IMG/VR virus record: IMGVR_UViG_3300021591_000001
Coordinates: 1 to 56,422 of that record
Reading direction: 5' to 3' (one strand)
From: a virus
Lineage: Duplodnaviria; Caudoviricetes
Length of the DNA stretch: 56,422 nucleotides
The notes beneath the pieces were generated by a model, which was not told the origin of the DNA, ran no database searches, and worked only from the letters and a program-made list of their open reading frames with translations. A program made the position numbers and the translations under genes. This document shows positions 55,609-56,422 of this stretch, piece by piece (within the stretch, counting starts at the first letter, position 1; every line of letters starts with the position of its first letter).

Positions 55609-55926
55609 TTACGATAAAATGTCGTATCCGGGAACCAAGGATTTCTGCCCTCTTGGTGTTCCCCAGTCCAAGTTCACAAACTGTAGCGCCTTTTGGATAT
55701 TATCGATTTGAGTTTGCTCTGCGGCAGTAAGAGATGCCGAGAGAGAACCATCGTCGAACTTTTCAAGAAGTCCTCGGGAGAACATAAAAGTCTTTAAGAA
55801 GCTCCCAAGAGGAAAGATGAGCGTCGACTCGGCTTTAGCAACCAATCTTCCCGCTATAGCAGCGTCGCCTGGGCTGTTGATCATCGGCACTGCAATGGTT
55901 TGCCTGCTCGAGTTAGTAATCCTCAT
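55609..55926 (-). CDS. Small head-module protein, paralogue family member
   Basis: Start ATG 55926 (GGGAGGTG RBS); MRITNSSRQTIAVP...AGRLVAKAEST...LLEKFDDGSLS. Confidence 0.65.
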   Translation of the reverse strand: MRITNSSRQTIAVPMINSPGDAAIAGRLVAKAESTLIFPLGSFLKTFMFSRGLLEKFDDGSLSASLTAAEQTQIDNIQKALQFVNLDWGTPRGQKSLVPGYDILS

Positions 55927-55942
55927 ACTTACACCTCCCGTC

Positions 55943-56419
55943 TTAATATCCCCTGAAAGGTCCGATGAACGTAGCAGAACCACGATCATCGTCGGAGAGC
56001 AACTGCGGTCCTAAATAAGGACTGAATGACTTGATATCTTCAGGGTAATAATACTCCTTAGGTGATGTTTTTGATTCTTGTGCCATTTGTCGTTCTTGAA
56101 GCTCCGTCTTGAGCATTTGATAAACGACAGAGAGGTCTCCGTCCTTCAACGCCTCTAAAGCAACTTTCAACTCCCAATCCTGAAGAGTGGCGGTCTTGGC
56201 TTCAACCTTCGAGAGAATCCAGTTAGCCGGCACGCGAGTTTCCTCGAACCTGCGAACCGTCAAAGTGTACGGACGATCACCCGCGCCAACAACAATGCCT
56301 TCAACTTCAGTGCCCTCTACAACGACCCTCACAGGTGTGTTAGCGTCAATAGGAAGCTCCTCCGAAATTTGCTCCCTTACCGCACGTGCGCTGAGTATCA
56401 AATCCCGAAGGTCTGTCAT
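55943..56419 (-). CDS. Hypothetical protein with SH3/KOW-like beta barrel; may extend beyond the window
   Basis: TPVRVVVEGTEVEGIVVGAGDRPYTLTVR; operon orientation. Confidence 0.5.
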   Translation of the reverse strand: MTDLRDLILSARAVREQISEELPIDANTPVRVVVEGTEVEGIVVGAGDRPYTLTVRRFEETRVPANWILSKVEAKTATLQDWELKVALEALKDGDLSVVYQMLKTELQERQMAQESKTSPKEYYYPEDIKSFSPYLGPQLLSDDDRGSATFIGPFRGY

Positions 56420-56422
56420 GAA

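Overview
A 56.4 kb, very densely coding segment of a large contractile-tailed (myovirus-type) bacteriophage genome. No rRNA, tRNA or CRISPR array was seen. Left (1-11.5 kb, minus strand): nucleotide metabolism, DNA modification and recombination genes, namely a probable class II ribonucleotide reductase (truncated by the window edge and absent from the ORF track), resolvase, QueE, a phosphoribosyltransferase, dUTPase, a TGT/DpdA-like barrel, FolE2, RecA, SSB, and a UDG-fused family A polymerase with an intein. 11.6-17.1 kb (plus strand): SF2 helicase, 5' nuclease, loader-like protein, DnaB and primase. 17-56.4 kb (minus strand): sigma factor, then a morphogenesis operon (tail fibre and baseplate, tape measure, frameshifted chaperone, tube, sheath, neck, capsid, decoration protein, 1632-aa protease-scaffold), interleaved with glycosyltransferases, a radical SAM enzyme, a phosphatase and an HddA-like sugar kinase. 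The most notable features are the mobile elements. The major capsid gene is split by a 398-nt group I intron with no endonuclease (48588-48985), whose splice sites and IGS can be read directly. Next to it, on the opposite strand, is a free-standing LAGLIDADG gene that looks like an intein that has lost its splicing residues. A second intein-like ORF, apparently dead for both splicing and cleavage, precedes the reductase. Both in-frame inteins have eroded nuclease motifs, and a solo TnpB has His in place of the RuvC-III catalytic Asp. All product calls come from reading motifs by eye, with no database searches.
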